From Octopus bimaculoides (taxonomy: Eukaryota), in the NCBI RefSeq assembly GCF_001194135.2, contig NC_068990.1, positions 4,502,559 through 4,566,558 on the forward strand: a stretch of DNA of 64,000 nucleotides. Reading direction: 5' to 3'. Under the pieces are notes generated by a model. It was not told where the DNA came from and ran no database searches. It worked only from the letters and a program-made list of their open reading frames with translations. Every line of letters starts with the position of its first letter. Positions within the stretch are counted from its first letter, which is position 1. Below, in pieces: positions 40,173 through 53,047 of the stretch. Position numbers and translations under genes: made by a program.

Positions 40173-43100
40173 TTAAAACACAAGGTTTGTATTATAGAAC
40201 CAGGTTGGTATGCAGTCTGGTATCAAAACAGTGGACTCTTTATATTCTGTGTTTATTTTGCAACAATGTTAACTGTGTCTTTCATTGTTTCAGGGTAATA
40301 GAATGAGCTATTGTCATATGTCACTAACTCAGAGAGATTGAATATAAACTTTCGAAGATGGTACCCTTGTATGGCTGCAGCTAAATTACTGGAACAAATA
40401 AAAATATAAAAGGCTTCCTTTGGTAGTGTAAGTTTCAACACGCATTTTGGGTGGGCTGAAAATAATGTAGACATGAATATTTTATAAAGAAAATGTCAAA
40501 TGTTTTGTCTTCATAACTGCTCATTGTCATTTTAATATCAATACATGAAATAAGTTTCAGAACAGATAGTGTGTGATCTTGTACTTGAATTAAAAGCCAT
40601 TATAAATTTTAATACTGTTGTAGAAATGAAAGCACCATCTTTGCATTTAGTTATACTAATGTATGGAAACTGTACCTATTTATTTCACCATGAAGCCTTC
40701 ATTGAATTGTTATTTGTACCTCTTAAATGAAAACAAATTTTTCTTTCATTTGAAATTTGGAAAAAAGATATTGCAAATGAAAGGTGGTAAACTGTCTAAA
40801 TTAATAAGATTTGTTTGAATTAGCTAAATAAAAAAATTGCTCAGTTGTAGACACCATGGAGAGAAAACTGAAGTGGTATAAATATGTGGGGAGGGGTGAT
40901 ATATGTTTAGAATTATAAAGAAATGTAATCATGATAAGCAAAATAGAAGTTGAATGGATGAAAATTAAAATAAAGTGGTTATAACTCACTTAGAAGGAAT
41001 AATGTTGAATAGATAAAATTAAAAATGAATTTAGAAAGAATAAGAAGGTCTTATAAAAGGATAATTATTTAACTTTGGAATAAATGGAATAAATGATAGT
41101 TGAGTCTGTTCTAATGGATAATTTAAACCAACGAATAAGTTCAATGAATTTCAAGCCAAAGAAAATGAGTTTAGTCTTTTCTACTGCTTAAATAGAAAAC
41201 ACAAACTATTTTTAGCATAGAAAAATGAGAGGTATTATAAATAGGCCTTTAATGATATCTCAAATTGTTTAATCTTGTGTAAATATTTGATTTGTTTGCT
41301 CAATACCACTTTGTTGTTTCTTTTGAGCTGGTATGAATTGTTATATTACCAACACTATTACAGCAATATCAACACTATCAAAACCATCAACAACATTAAC
41401 TTTAATAGTACTGATGATGATACATAAAATTAAGATGTTTGTTTTTTTGAAGTGTTACAGTTAATTAACACTTCTAAGCTGTGCAATTGTAGCAGAAGCC
41501 AAATAATTTTATACACTTTTGTAATAGCATCATATTTGTTTCTTAAGACTTCCCTGCTATAATTATAGCTATATTGTCTGCAATAATGAGTTGGCAGCTT
41601 TTTCTAATTGAACAATTAGTATCAAAAACCATACCATTAAAATTATGATGGACATAATAATGAGCAATTTTGATAACTATAAACTTTGAAACTCAACAGC
41701 CAATACATTTGCACATTCTTTTAGTAACTTAGTGTCAATGAGTACAGGTAATGGAGATCAGAGGATACAAGAAAAATAACTGCTGGAGTTGATAGTTTTT
41801 CACTAGCATTGTTTTGTCTTCATAGCATTCAAAACTCTTACACAACTGGGTTCTGCTAACTCTACATCACATGCATTATTGCTATTAACAGGGACTACAC
41901 TGGAAAATGGATGTTTTAGTTAACTTGCAGTGTTGAGTTCAATTCTATTGATAAAATCTAAAATGATAGAGCTGTATTCTGTGTAATGAGAGAATTATTT
42001 CTCATCCACTTAATACTACAGAAACTCAACACAAGCAGTGGCTTTATGTGTTCCAATGGTTAAAAAAAAAATTATTACCACTAGAAATGCCTTATATTGT
42101 TCACACCTGAATGGAAAAATGTTAAATCAATGCTAAAATAGGCTGGTAATTATTAATCTATAACTTAAGGTCAATAACCATATATCTACAGGTGAGAACA
42201 TCAAAAGTATTAATTAAATAGAAGTGGATCTGGAATATTAGAGCACCATTGACTGCATCTAATTTCATCTGGATCTTCCACTGGCTCAATGATAAGTGCC
42301 TCCCAGAGGCTTTACCTTGCTTTAATGTCATTGGAGCTTATTCTTGCTTTAATGATGTATGCATGAGGGACATGTCACACTATAGATAGGAATATTAATA
42401 GTAAACCAAAGAAATCTTCCATTGGAATATTTTAGTTCAAGTTTGCAAGCTATAAAATAATCATTAATTATGCACACCTGTCAGCTGTAAGCTGTACTTT
42501 TTGCCTGATATCAACCAACAATTAAGTAGATCAGCATAATGGGTTGGATATCTTATCCAAGGACACAGCACAGTGCCAGTTGCAATTTATATGGCAAACT
42601 CTTCTACACTAGACCACCAGTATTGTATAATTCAGACAAGCTGTTATTGCGATATTCTAATGTAGATAATAATGACAGTAAATTATTGACAGAGTTGATT
42701 CTCAACTGGATATACATACAGACATTCTCTTTTGGTTGTTTGTTTTTTTTATGTTATTTTTATCATTTTTTTTTTTTTTACCAAAATCAATATTTAGTTA
42801 TCAAATAAACAGGAAAAGGAATAGGAAAAAAATCTTCTGCATCAACTGAACAGGAATTAAACTTTATTCTATTAGATGATGACTAAACTTTTGACACAAT
42901 CTTTCTTCAGGCTTGCTGCTACTAAACTTGATGATTGCATTATTAACAAAATAAAACACTTTTTTTTTCTTTTTGATATTTCAAATATTTTTTCTTTTCT
43001 TTCTTTTTTTAAGTGTTTCTTAATTGTCGGTGTTGATAGTTATAAAGTCTTAAATTTAGTATTATAGAAAATTTCTTATCTGCAAATTTCTAATTTGGTT

Positions 43101-44440
43101 ATGTAATTATTGTTATTCTTTCTGAAAAGAGTGACTGAACAATATCTTAGTTTATCTCTGCTGACACAGTGAGATGTTCAGCAAACATTGAATCATCTAC
43201 AAGCAACGACAATAGAATACAAGGAACCAAACACAAATTAAATTATGTAGAAATGAAAAGAATACACTGGGCAAACGTGGAGAAAAAATAGAGTTGAAAT
43301 ATCAAATGCATTGCAAAAAACAAAATAAATAAAAAAAATTATATCCATGTGAGAAACCTAAATGTTCAGAAAAAATATTCATTGAAGGTTGTAGTAAAAG
43401 ATTTATAAATGGAAAGATTAACAAAAGCAGATTATAACTATGTAATTTAAAGACAACAGTTTTGTAGAATTTTTTGGTGATCTGGTTATCAGCTTTGCCT
43501 GTTGCCTGTGATTTATATTTCATAACATTAATTGATCTCTTGTTTTGATTTCATGTATATTTTCTATATCATAATGGGTAATACTAAATTTTACCAACTG
43601 AATTCAAGTAAAGCAATTTATTCTACATGCAAGTAGGCATGTGTGAATGTAATGTCTGCATGTTCCAATTAAATATTTACTCTTCTTAATAGTTGTTGGN
43701 NNNNNNNNNCTATGTTAGCATCAATGAGTAGATTCTTGTTAAAGCAATAAATTTTGTTAATGATGCTTTCTCCATTACCCAAAAACAGTAAAATCAAGGT
43801 CAAATCTGAATCTGTTTTGATGAGAAGCACTGGTATATACCAGAAGCTCAATACAAAATGTATTACATGTTGTAAAGTTACAACACAAAAAGCCATTTGG
43901 TAAATAGTAGATTACTTTTACTACAGTGCCATTGCATACAAATGTTTTAAGAATTTATAAAGCACACTAGCATTTCCAGTTCAAATAAAATTCATGATCA
44001 TAAACAAACTCAATGAAGCAGAAACTATAAGTAAACAATAAAATTTCTTATGTTTTCTCATTAAATTTGATATATATCAACTAACATCATCTAATAATGA
44101 AATAAACAGAATAGCTTATTAAATGGCATGACTATAAAATGGTTTCTACATAATTGAGAAAGGTTATTTACCATGTTGTTTTAAATGGTAATGCAATCAA
44201 TCTTTAATTCTTTAATCTCTGCCTGTTCGATAACGACAAAGTTACAAATTATATCATTAGGTGTTTGAGCCTTGCTGCAGCCATTTTTGAATCTTCTACA
44301 AGCCACATAATTCTACTTTCCTCAGTGTGTGTAATTGAAATAAACAAATTACAACCTTATTTAGGAAACCAACTGTTTCATCATAAGACCCTAACTCTTA
44401 GGCTAGTTTAAAAAAATGGATATAAAACAGCAAAATATTT

Positions 44441-45480
44441 CATTAGGTTGTCCCCTCATGAAGTAGCCAATTTCTTAAATTTGTTTATGTGAAAACATAT
44501 CTAGTAAATTTTAAAGCATCAAATATTCTTATGCAATTTTTCATACTATTTACCCAGCATCACGGTTTTAGAAAATCTTAAATTTATTGCTGATTATAGG
44601 GGGGGGGGGTTCTAATATTGTTCCCTTGCTTTTGCAGATGTTATCCATAAAGAAGTCAGACTTCTGCTTTTGTATGAGTTTAAACTAGGTAAAAATTCAT
44701 CTCAAGCTGTCAAGAATATCAATGTTGCATTTGGGATGGAAACTTACACTGCCAAAAGAAGAAGATTGTGCAATAAATTTTGATTTGGAACCAGGCACCT
44801 GAATGTAGAACCCCATGGATATTAGTAAAGTGAAAAAGATAGATAGATTTGTCCCATATGAATTAAGCACTGCAAATAAGATGTATCATTTGACAATCTC
44901 TTTTTTGAAAAGAATAATCTTCTGTGATAATAAATGGTCCCTTTATGACAACAGTAAAAGACCTAAGCAATGACAAGATGCTGAAGAATTGCCTGAAGAT
45001 ATTTCAAAACTCCCTTTATACCCTCAAAATATTATTGTCACTGTTTGTTGGTACTGTCAAGGAATCATCCATTATTTGTTTCTGCAACCAAAATAAACAG
45101 TAACATCCCAATTCTATTGGCAGCAAATTGAGGAAATGAATCTCAAATTAGTTAGGCAAGATCTAACATTGATAAACAGACAAGAGCCTATAGTCTTGTA
45201 TGATAATGCCATATGTCACATTGTAAATCAGGTCAAAACAAAGTTGCAGCAGTTTAATTAGGAAACATCATCCTATATATTCTCTAAATTTTTCACCAAG
45301 AGACTATCATTTATTTCCTCACACTGAGTTTTTCACCCATGACAAAAAGTTCGCAAACAGAGAAGAAGCAGTGACAGCATATTAACAATTTATGGCTTCA
45401 ACAGACAATGTTTTGTCAAATAACGAATGTATAGTTTCCTAAGGCAATGGAAAAAGTTATTGATAGTTAATAGGTTCATA
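44441..45480 (+). mobile_element. Mariner (D,D34D) transposon remnant, near complete but decayed
   Basis: attaggttg TIR-like start; RLLLLYEFKLGKNSSQAVKNINVAFG; degenerate versions of KKLDKWVPHEL, ITCDEKW.LYDN, LHPKK.MVTVWW, LLHDNA and YSPDLSPxDYHLF. Confidence 0.8.
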
Positions 45481-47321
45481 TATTTTAATGTAATACCGAT
45501 AACTATCTTGATTTGTAATGCATAATTACATTTTAAAGAGAAAAGACATATTTTCACTGAGAAAACTGATTCAAGTTCTAGTGTTTGTTTGCCTTTTACT
45601 AACATAAGATAATTTCTGATTAACAAATCATATGAATATATGAGTCTATAATGCTTCTCATGTTGCACAGGCAAACTGACTATTTATTTATATAACCAAT
45701 TGGAGAATACATGAATATTTTAATCTATTTTGTCATCAGTGTTTCTTTTTACATTAATCTCTACTATGTTCTTACATCTAAAAATATTTCTCTTTCTAAC
45801 ATGCATCTCTGCTAATCATTTTGTAGCCTAATGTGTTAGCAAATAAATATAGCTAGTATTTGAATAAATTTATATCCCTTAAGTTAAACAGGATTAAGGA
45901 TCATGGCAAGGATACAGCACGATGCTGTTTTGGTAGGAATACACAAGCCAAAAGTATGATAGCTATCCCATTGAACTACTTCAGTAAACAACTTAATATA
46001 GATTTCCTCCAGACCAAGTTGAATGGTCTTATATCTCAAAATGACTTTAAAACTAGATGTTGCATACATTCATGACTTCTTCAAATGTGTAAAAAATAAA
46101 GATGAAATCAACTTTCATCAGTTAGAAACTGAATGCAGATAATAATCTTGCTTTGCCAAGATTTTATTCATTTGCTCTATCACACTCATCACACAATTAC
46201 AATGAAATATTAATAACAACATAGGTTACTAGTCAAGTATTGGATCTATGTTATCAGCCATCAAATGTGAAACCTTGTGCTTATATTAGAAAAATCTCTA
46301 ACACTGAAAACTATGTAGAGGATGCACTTAAGTGATATATTCTGGTGCTAGGATCTAGAATTAACTTTACTGGGTTGGAACCTTGTAGTTGGATTTTACA
46401 ATAACTTCTATAATTCATAAGATACAACTTGATGATTTGAATGGTATGAAGTGAATAAGCTTGAGCGTACAAAGGAAAAAAAATGTGTGCTGATGGTTGA
46501 ATTTGCAGATTTATATAACACTTAGAAGTGTAGGAGAATTCAGTTCAATAGGAAAATTATTATTTTTTGTATACTTTTACTATTTTATAACCACCTTTCT
46601 TTATTTGCATGGATGGGATGGTTTTGTTGGAGCAATTGCCTTTTCAGCTAGATGCTCCTTTTAGCATTACTCACTCAGCCATTAACTATGAATGGAAACA
46701 GTTTTTTTGTCATTTAAGCAAACTGGAGCAAGCCTTGTTCAGAACCACAACAGAATCATAACTTCACTGCCTGTCCAATAAAAATTAATAATATAAAGGG
46801 GATTTGGATTCTAATTGAACACAATATAGAATGGTTTCAACTATTCAAACAAATATTGAATTATTATGGGCATAAACTGTTGACAAGATAGCATGACATA
46901 TTCCTTTATTCTTTGGCTACTTTTAGTCATTGGACCATAGTTATGTTGCAATGAATTAAAAAAAAAGTATTTTTGAATAACCGTAAAAAATAATCCTTTG
47001 TAGCATTTCACGTACATTTCTCTATGTTCTTTGGCCTGGAATAGTTATAAATAATCAGACAGTAATATTAATTCTGAAGCAAATATCTTATAGCTCAATC
47101 CTATTCACTCATCATTCCATTCCATTAGTCAAACATTCATAGTTACTAATTTGCAGGGAGGAAATAATTGTAGAAGCAATGTCGTCAAGTGAACATGGGG
47201 CTCTACAACCAGCTCAGATCCACTGCAGGCATACCTTAGAATACACATACATGTATGTATATATGTGTGTGCGTGTGTGTGTGTAGGTGTATATATACAT
47301 ATGCATGTATGTAGGTATATA

Positions 47322-47516
47322 TCTTTTACCTTTTACTTGTTTCAGTCATTAGACTGCTGTACTGCTTTCAAGAAATTTTAGTTGAATCTATCAACCCCAA
47401 TACTTATTTTTAAAAGCCTGGTATTTATTCTATTGGTTTCTTTTTGCTGAACGACTAAGTTATAGGGATGTAAACACTCCAGCACCAGATGTCAAGCAGT
47501 GATGGGAGGACACACA

Positions 47517-47553
<37 letters not shown>

Positions 47554-47713
47554 CAGGCTTCTTTCAGTTTCTGTCTACCAAATCCACTCACAAGGTTTGA
47601 TTGGCCTGGGGCTACAGCAGAGGACATTTGTTCTAGGTGCCATGTAGTGGATCTGAACCTCAAATCATGTGGTTGGGAAGCAAACTTCTCACCACACAGC
47701 CACACTTGCACCT
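47322..47713 (-). mobile_element. tRNA-derived SINE, full length with internal (CA)n
   Basis: Same family as 30275-30676. Confidence 0.85.
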
Positions 47714-48366
47714 ATATATGCATATAATCAGTTTGGACAATGTAGCTTAAAGTTCTCTCTCTATATCAGCTTTGAACTTTTCAAACAGTGGTTACAAGAC
47801 TTAAACACTTTAGAATCTCATCAATTGGCAAAAATATGGAATGGCCATAGATGAGAACAATAATCCAATGCCAAAGTTCAACCCATCCTAAAATATTATA
47901 GCAATCTATTTGTAATCCAAGACATATAAGTTGCTTCTAAATATTCAGTGTGTTAGTTCCATGCATGCATGCTAATACTATAAAGTCAAATGCAATTCTT
48001 GGTTTAGCACTTTAATTCATCATAATTAATCCAGTATATGCTATATAAACAGCTATAAAGCATTTCTATCGTGGAAAGTTTCGTATTTTATTAACATATT
48101 TATTTATTGTGAATATTTGATAATTTTGGTGAGTTCAAATTCAGTAATTTTCTTTACTATTGTTATTATGTTGAAAATATTGTTTTATTAGATTTATTTG
48201 AATCTGCAACTGTTTTATAGAGTTTCAATGAGAGTTACTTGAGCCCTTTGAGAATTGTATGAATAGTTTAGTCTTGAGGTCAACATGCAGCTTGCAAGAC
48301 TAATAAGCTTTTTTGACTGAGTGTGGATACAGCAGAGAGGAAGGTAGCATTATGCTAGGAAATGAG

Positions 48367-48615
48367 AAGGCGNNNNNNNNNNNNNNNNNNNNNNNNNNNN
48401 NNNNNGGCGCTGGCAGATTCATTAGCACACTGGGGGGAATGCTTAGTGGTATTTTATCCGTGTGAATGTTCTGAGTTCAAATTCTGCCGAGGTTGACTTT
48501 GCCTTTCATCCCTCCAGGGTTGTTAAATTAAGTACTTGCAAAAGAATGGGGTTGATGCAATTCACTAGTCCCCTACCACAAAATTTCAGGCCTTGTGCCT
48601 TTAGTAGAAAGGATC
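48367..48615 (+). mobile_element. tRNA-derived SINE with a 15-bp target-site duplication
   Basis: atgctaggaaatgag at 48352-48366 and 48616-48630 flanks aaggcg...ttctgagttcaaattctgccgaggttgactttgcctttcatcc...gaaaggatc; a small gap lies inside. Confidence 0.85.
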
Positions 48616-49689
48616 ATGCTAGGAAATGAGTGGTTAAAGTGTGAGGCCTCTTTTTCATTCTTGTTGAAAATAGCAACGGATACACTTTGTAATGTAGTCG
48701 GCATTAGGTGGTGCCTCCAGATTTAAAAACCATGCCAAAGTTGATACTGGAGTGCAATGCAGTCCTCAGATCTGTTGGACCTTGTCAAATTCATGTTAGC
48801 ATAGAAGATGGACATTAAAAAATGATGATAATGATGATGATCATGACGATTAAGTTATGTGTTCAAGAGATCAGTTTCTACTTCAGTTGGTTACACTTCA
48901 AATAATTTCCTTCACATTTATCATTAGATTAGTATATATTTTAAAATGGAAATTCAATAAAAGCAATATATTTTCACATTAAGATCTCAAAAGAATGAAA
49001 CAATAATGATGAAAGAAATAAAGCAAAAAAATCCTCCCAAAAAAGCCAAAGCATAGCAATAAGAACAAATTCACATTGTATCATAATACTTTCACATGAT
49101 TATATTTGTTGAAAATCATGTTGAATATTTGAAGAAATTAGAAATATACGAGTGACTGGACTTTTCTGTTGTTGAAACGAATAACATCTAATACTAGAAA
49201 TATATTTCCAACTTTAAACCAGGTGAAGATATGGCTCTCTGATTTAGAAGTTTGCTTCCTAATCACAAATCTCCCAGTTAGGTCCTGCTACTTCACACCA
49301 TAAGCAAGTATTTTTTGCATGTAGTCCAGGATTGACCAAGCCTTGAGTGTGGATTTGATAGATGAAAACTGAAAGAAATCTTTTATATATATATAGATAT
49401 AAGTATGTGAATTTTTAAGATAATTTTTGTCTTTTTGTCTTGATGTCATGCAATAGGTGTGAAATGAGTATCATGGTCATACAAGCAGTGTTTTTGTTTC
49501 TAGTCTTCTGTGAAAACATGTGTGGACATGGAGGAATAGCACCTTGCTTGGAAACAGATAAGCGTTTGTAACAAGAAATGCATCCAACCACAAAAAATCT
49601 GTCGCAACAAATTCTGTCTGGCCCATGTGAATATGGAAAAATAGATATTAAAATGCTGATGATGACTCAGGGATGATAAATGAACTGAA

Positions 49690-50195
49690 ATAATTGTAAA
49701 GTTTTTTAGCAATACAGCATTAGCAATGCCCTTGATGGCACAAAAAATGATACATTATCTAATGACAGTAATATCAGAAGCGATACCAGCAATAATGATG
49801 ATGATTTTATAGGATCAGAGGATAAAGATTTTCCTGACTTTGAAGATGATTCAAGTTTTTGTTTCTGTGTTTTGGTTTAGGTTCAACTGTAGTGGAAGCT
49901 TGCTTTTTATAAAATTTATTCTGCTTTGTTTTTTCTTGCACATTCTACTACAGTAATAATGTCAGGATATTTCCACTATCGTGATTTTTTCTTTATGTTC
50001 AGCTGTACTGTTAACTTACTTTTTATATACAGTAATGTATTCTGCTATAGCTAAGGTACTTTTATAATGTTTACTAATGTACTGCTAGATTGCTTTAAAT
50101 ATTACATGCTTTAATGCACTAAAAACATTTTTTCCTGAATGCATGCTGTTGAAATTGGGGAGTAACTAATATACCCATGTGTCTTCTATACTATC
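49690..50195 (+). mobile_element. pogo-like transposon 3' end remnant
   Basis: AISNALDGTKNDTL..SD..DDDFIG resembles the pogo/POGK C-terminus; gggagtaactaatatacccatgtgtcttctata resembles a decayed pogo TIR. Confidence 0.4.
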
Positions 50196-50200
50196 AGATA

Positions 50201-50239
<39 letters not shown>

Positions 50240-50268
50240 GGAGTAAGCAGCAGAAATATAACAAAAAA

Positions 50269-50308
50269 ACCGTTACTCTGAGTTTCACGTTCCCGTTCAT
50301 CGGACAGT
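50269..50308 (-). ncRNA. Second minimal type-I hammerhead ribozyme motif (inverted copy)
   Basis: Reverse complement reads ACUGU-CCGAUGA-ACGggaaCGU-GAAA-CUCAGAGUA-ACGGU, the same architecture as the plus-strand copy; the one difference lies in the stem II loop. Confidence 0.72.
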
Positions 50309-50324
50309 TTTGTTAGAAATGGAG

Positions 50325-50364
50325 ACTGTCCGATGAACGGGATCGTGAAACTCAGAGTAACGGT
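50325..50364 (+). ncRNA. Minimal type-I hammerhead ribozyme motif (U4C core variant)
   Basis: Stem I ACUGU(50325-29)/ACGGU(50360-64); core CCGAUGA (50330-36); stem II ACG-ggau-CGU; GAAA (50347-50); short stem III C-ucaga-G; predicted cleavage after GUA (50359). Confidence 0.72.
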
Positions 50365-50398
50365 TTTTTTTGTTATATCTCTGCTGCTTTTAAATAAA

Positions 50399-50442
<44 letters not shown>

Positions 50443-50769
50443 GAAGAATACATAAAACATTTCTGTCTTAAAAGAACAAAAGAATAGAGAGAAATCTTGT
50501 AACTGAGAATCATACAACCACTTTAAAAGCATATCTAGCAAAAGAAAGCATTGATGTTAATTACTCAAAAATGCTACCAACATGAAAACTCAATGGGTAG
50601 GTAAGGCTGAGTATATTTAATGTAGCACATAAAATAAATTGATTACAAATACTCATGTAGCAAGCCTGGTGTAGCCACCTGGTTCACCAGTCCTCAGTCA
50701 AATCGTCCAACCCATGCTAGCATGGAAAGCAGACATTAAACAATGATGATGATAAGGAACGCCAGACTA

Positions 50770-51465
50770 GTTTTTTCATTTTCTTTTGCTTGCAGCATAT
50801 GGAAGAAGGTGCAGTACCTATGACATGCGAAAGCCCTATGAGACCAGCGAGATTGATGCCATTAATGTTCCAATTGAATTGTTTCAAGTCAACACCTACA
50901 AGAAAGACATGGGCCAGCAGACAGTTCTCAGATGGTTTGAGGGTTGATGTTTGGGGAAAAAACGATTGAGCATAGATGTTAGCATGAGGATTAGGGATTT
51001 GGGCATAGGATGGGTAGTCAGAAAAGTAGAGACATATGAGTTAGGGGTGCCTGAGTGAAAGTAGAATGTAGTCAACCTTCTTTAATGAGCAGTGACTAGT
51101 AGAGTAGTGCTAGAAAAGACAGAAAGAGGAGAGAGCATGACTGTGGGCCAGAAGCTGAAATTTATGTCACTCAATCAAATGGTTTTACTCTGAATGTAGT
51201 CAAGGATGTCTATGTCAGCACTGCCCCAGATTCAAGAGTAATATTGTGTTGTGGTTCTCTCTTGAGCTTTGTAGAGTGTCAGTAATGGTTGGTGTCTGAA
51301 GCATTTCCTAGCACTGAAAAAAATGGGCTTTTGTGATGCAGTTCTATCAATTTTAAAGGCTGTGTTTTAACCAGAGGAGATCCTTAGTGATAATAAATCC
51401 TAACATTTAGAGTGACTCTGGGGGCTATAATTTACAAACTGTTCATGTTTTCAGCGGGTCCAGTG
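50770..51465 (-). mobile_element. CR1/L2-type LINE 3' fragment
   Basis: Minus strand gives degenerate GFIITKDLLW, ARKCF, LLTLYKAQ, IWGSA, LDYIQSK and VFLVGVDLKQFNWNINGINL. Confidence 0.7.
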
Positions 51466-51511
51466 CAATGATATATTTTCTTGATATGAGCAACACTTGT
51501 GTTTATCTATG

Positions 51512-51889
51512 TTTTATCTTTAACTTGTTTTGGTCATTGGACTGTGGCCATGCTAGGACACTACCTTGAAGAATTTTTAATTGAATGAATCAACCCAAGT
51601 ATTTTTTTAAAGCCTGGCACTTATTCTATTAATCCCTTTTGTGAACTGCTTAGTTATGAAAATGTAACCACACCAATACCAGTTGTCAGGTGTTGGTGTG
51701 GGACGAACAGAGACGAAGATTAACACACACCATATGTATGTGTAAACAATGGACTTGTTTGTTACTATCAGTCAAATTCACTCACAAGGCTGCGATTGGT
51801 CTGAAGATATAGTAAAAGACACTTTCCCAGTGGGACTGAATTTGGAACCATGTGGTTGAGAAGCAAACTTCTTGCCACACAACTGCACC

Positions 51890-51890
<1 letters not shown>
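51512..51890 (-). mobile_element. tRNA-derived SINE, degenerate full length
   Basis: Same family as 30275 and 47322. Confidence 0.75.
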
Positions 51891-51938
<48 letters not shown>

Positions 51939-52991
51939 TATTTATTTTTTTTTTTTTTTACTGTAGAAAGAAACAAGGCCAGTGCACATTTGCAAAGCTT
52001 AAAATATAAACAGCCAGCTATTCTGATGGGAATGTCAAAATAAAAATACAGTTACAAAGTCAAATCTAAGAATTGCGCACACACACAATATATCATTAAT
52101 AAGTTACATCATGGAGCACTCCATAGGGTGACTCTCATTGATTAAAGCTAGTCATGTAGTCTTAGCTTTGTGATTCAGCTACTGTCATGTAAATAGCATA
52201 GTAACCAATCCAAACTTCTAGTCATCAAGAGTAACTACCCTATGAAACTAGTTAAATGTAATAGCTTTGAATTTGTGTTGGTGACTCTGGAACTTCTTAG
52301 ATCATATACTTCAACAAAAAAAAACACACACACACCAACAACCAACTTGTGACAGTTGAAGTCCCTTAGGTGATTCTGTCCCTTCAAAGTAGCCAAAGCA
52401 GTTTTGTATCTAGTATTGATAATAATCCTGGATGGTATTGAAAGAAACTAAATAAGACTCACTGTGAACTGTCACATTTTTACTTAGATGAACAAAAAGA
52501 GAAAACTGCACATCCTTCCTCTGATTTATCTTTAAACTCAGAAACCAACAAACTGAATTCCTTCTCATAACACAGGGCATTGTTGAAAAAGTGACTTCAT
52601 ATGTTAATGGACTGTGAAACTGCAAGTCTTGCCTAATTCCAGATATTAGGCAAAGTTCCAGATATTAAAGTAGTCAGCAATGCACTCTAGCCAGAGGCAA
52701 GAAATATGATCCAACTATCATCATTAGAAAATGTTTCTTCTGGATAGCTTTTAAATGCCTAAAAGCACTATATGCATACATATAGACATTTCTGAACAAT
52801 TATTCAATTTTCAGGAAACTGTAGAATAATTCACCAATAACATAATTTATCAACTAAAAAAAGTACAATAATAACATTAGATTATGGAGTGGACATGGCT
52901 AATGGACTCTTCTAGAGCTTTCACTCTCAAGATTATAAAGATATTAAAATTTCAGATAATATAAAAATTGTATAAAATCAGAAGTAAAAAG

Positions 52992-53047
52992 TATGTATGT
53001 ATGTATGTATGTATGTATGTATGTATGTATGTATGTATGTATGTATG
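52992..53047. repeat. (TATG)n microsatellite abutting the R4-like element
   Basis: Directly visible. Confidence 0.95.

Noticed and set aside
52488-52570. Plus-strand acceptor followed by EQKEKTAHPSSDLSLNSETNKLNSFS*
   Set aside because: Short, no homology and no other plus-strand exons support it.
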